Positions 63,635 through 64,000 of a stretch of DNA of 64,000 bases are shown here, piece by piece; positions within the stretch are counted from its first letter, which is position 1, and every line of letters starts with the position of its first letter. The DNA is from Candidatus Binatia bacterium (GTDB taxonomy: Bacteria; Desulfobacterota; Binatia; Bin18). The position numbers were made by a program, and so were the translations under genes. A model generated the notes under the pieces. The model did no database searches, was not told where the DNA came from, and saw nothing but the letters and a program-made list of their open reading frames with translations. The stretch is from assembly GCA_963666315.2 (NCBI GenBank), contig CAXXHG010000018.1:32001-96000 (forward strand). The letters are read 5' to 3'.

Positions 63635-64000
63635 TCAATCTGTCATCACATCCAGCCGCAAACACATCTCGGTAAGTCCGGGATACTGCTCAACGGCCTC
63701 CTGTCCTTCAGGCACGATCTTATCGTGCAAAAAATGCAGCTTCCCGTAAACGGCCAGGTCCGCCATGCTGGGGTGGTCTAGCCCAAAGAAGAAGGGGCCC
63801 CGCCCCAGCATCTTGACTAAGGACGCCAGGTGGCTTTTGAGTTCGCGCACCAGTATGTCTGCCGGCAACCGCCCGGTTCCTTGCGCCCGAATCTGCGAGC
63901 GCATCATACGTGGTACCATGATCTTCACGATGGGTCGCAGAATCGGTGGAGCTGCGGAGACAAAGAGTTGTCGCACGCGTTTCGCATTGGCCGGAATCGT
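63635..64000 (-). CDS. Glutathione S-transferase-like C-terminal domain (5' truncated by window)
   Basis: GPFFFG..PSMADLAVYG motif. Confidence 0.7.
   Translation of the reverse strand, partial: TIPANAKRVRQLFVSAAPPILRPIVKIMVPRMMRSQIRAQGTGRLPADILVRELKSHLASLVKMLGRGPFFFGLDHPSMADLAVYGKLHFLHDKIVPEGQEAVEQYPGLTEMCLRLDVMTD

Overview
Bacterial chromosomal segment; the gene content suggests a deltaproteobacteria-like lineage such as Candidatus Binatia (inference only). The housekeeping core includes the dcw cluster (mraZ to ftsZ, with no murF and a frameshifted murC), serA/purA/purM, xerC-hslVU, minCDE, gspAB, an E1a/E1b/E2 dehydrogenase block plus sthA, and an acyl-CoA dehydrogenase pair. Many accessory genes carry nonsense codons, frameshifts, lost start codons or internal deletions: an acetone-carboxylase-like operon, an M3 peptidase, a TPR protein, two dodecins, an amidohydrolase, an AsmA remnant and a methyltransferase remnant. 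The most unusual region is 3.1-4.8 kb. It holds one solitary 37-bp CRISPR-type repeat followed by 19 nt and a terminator, with no array or cas gene in the window. It also holds two unannotated small membrane-peptide genes interleaved with copies of a ~240-280 bp composite REP-containing repeat. A tandem pair of NrdR-box-like sites 32 bp apart lies upstream of minCDE. All calls were made by eye from sequence and motifs; no database searches were run.
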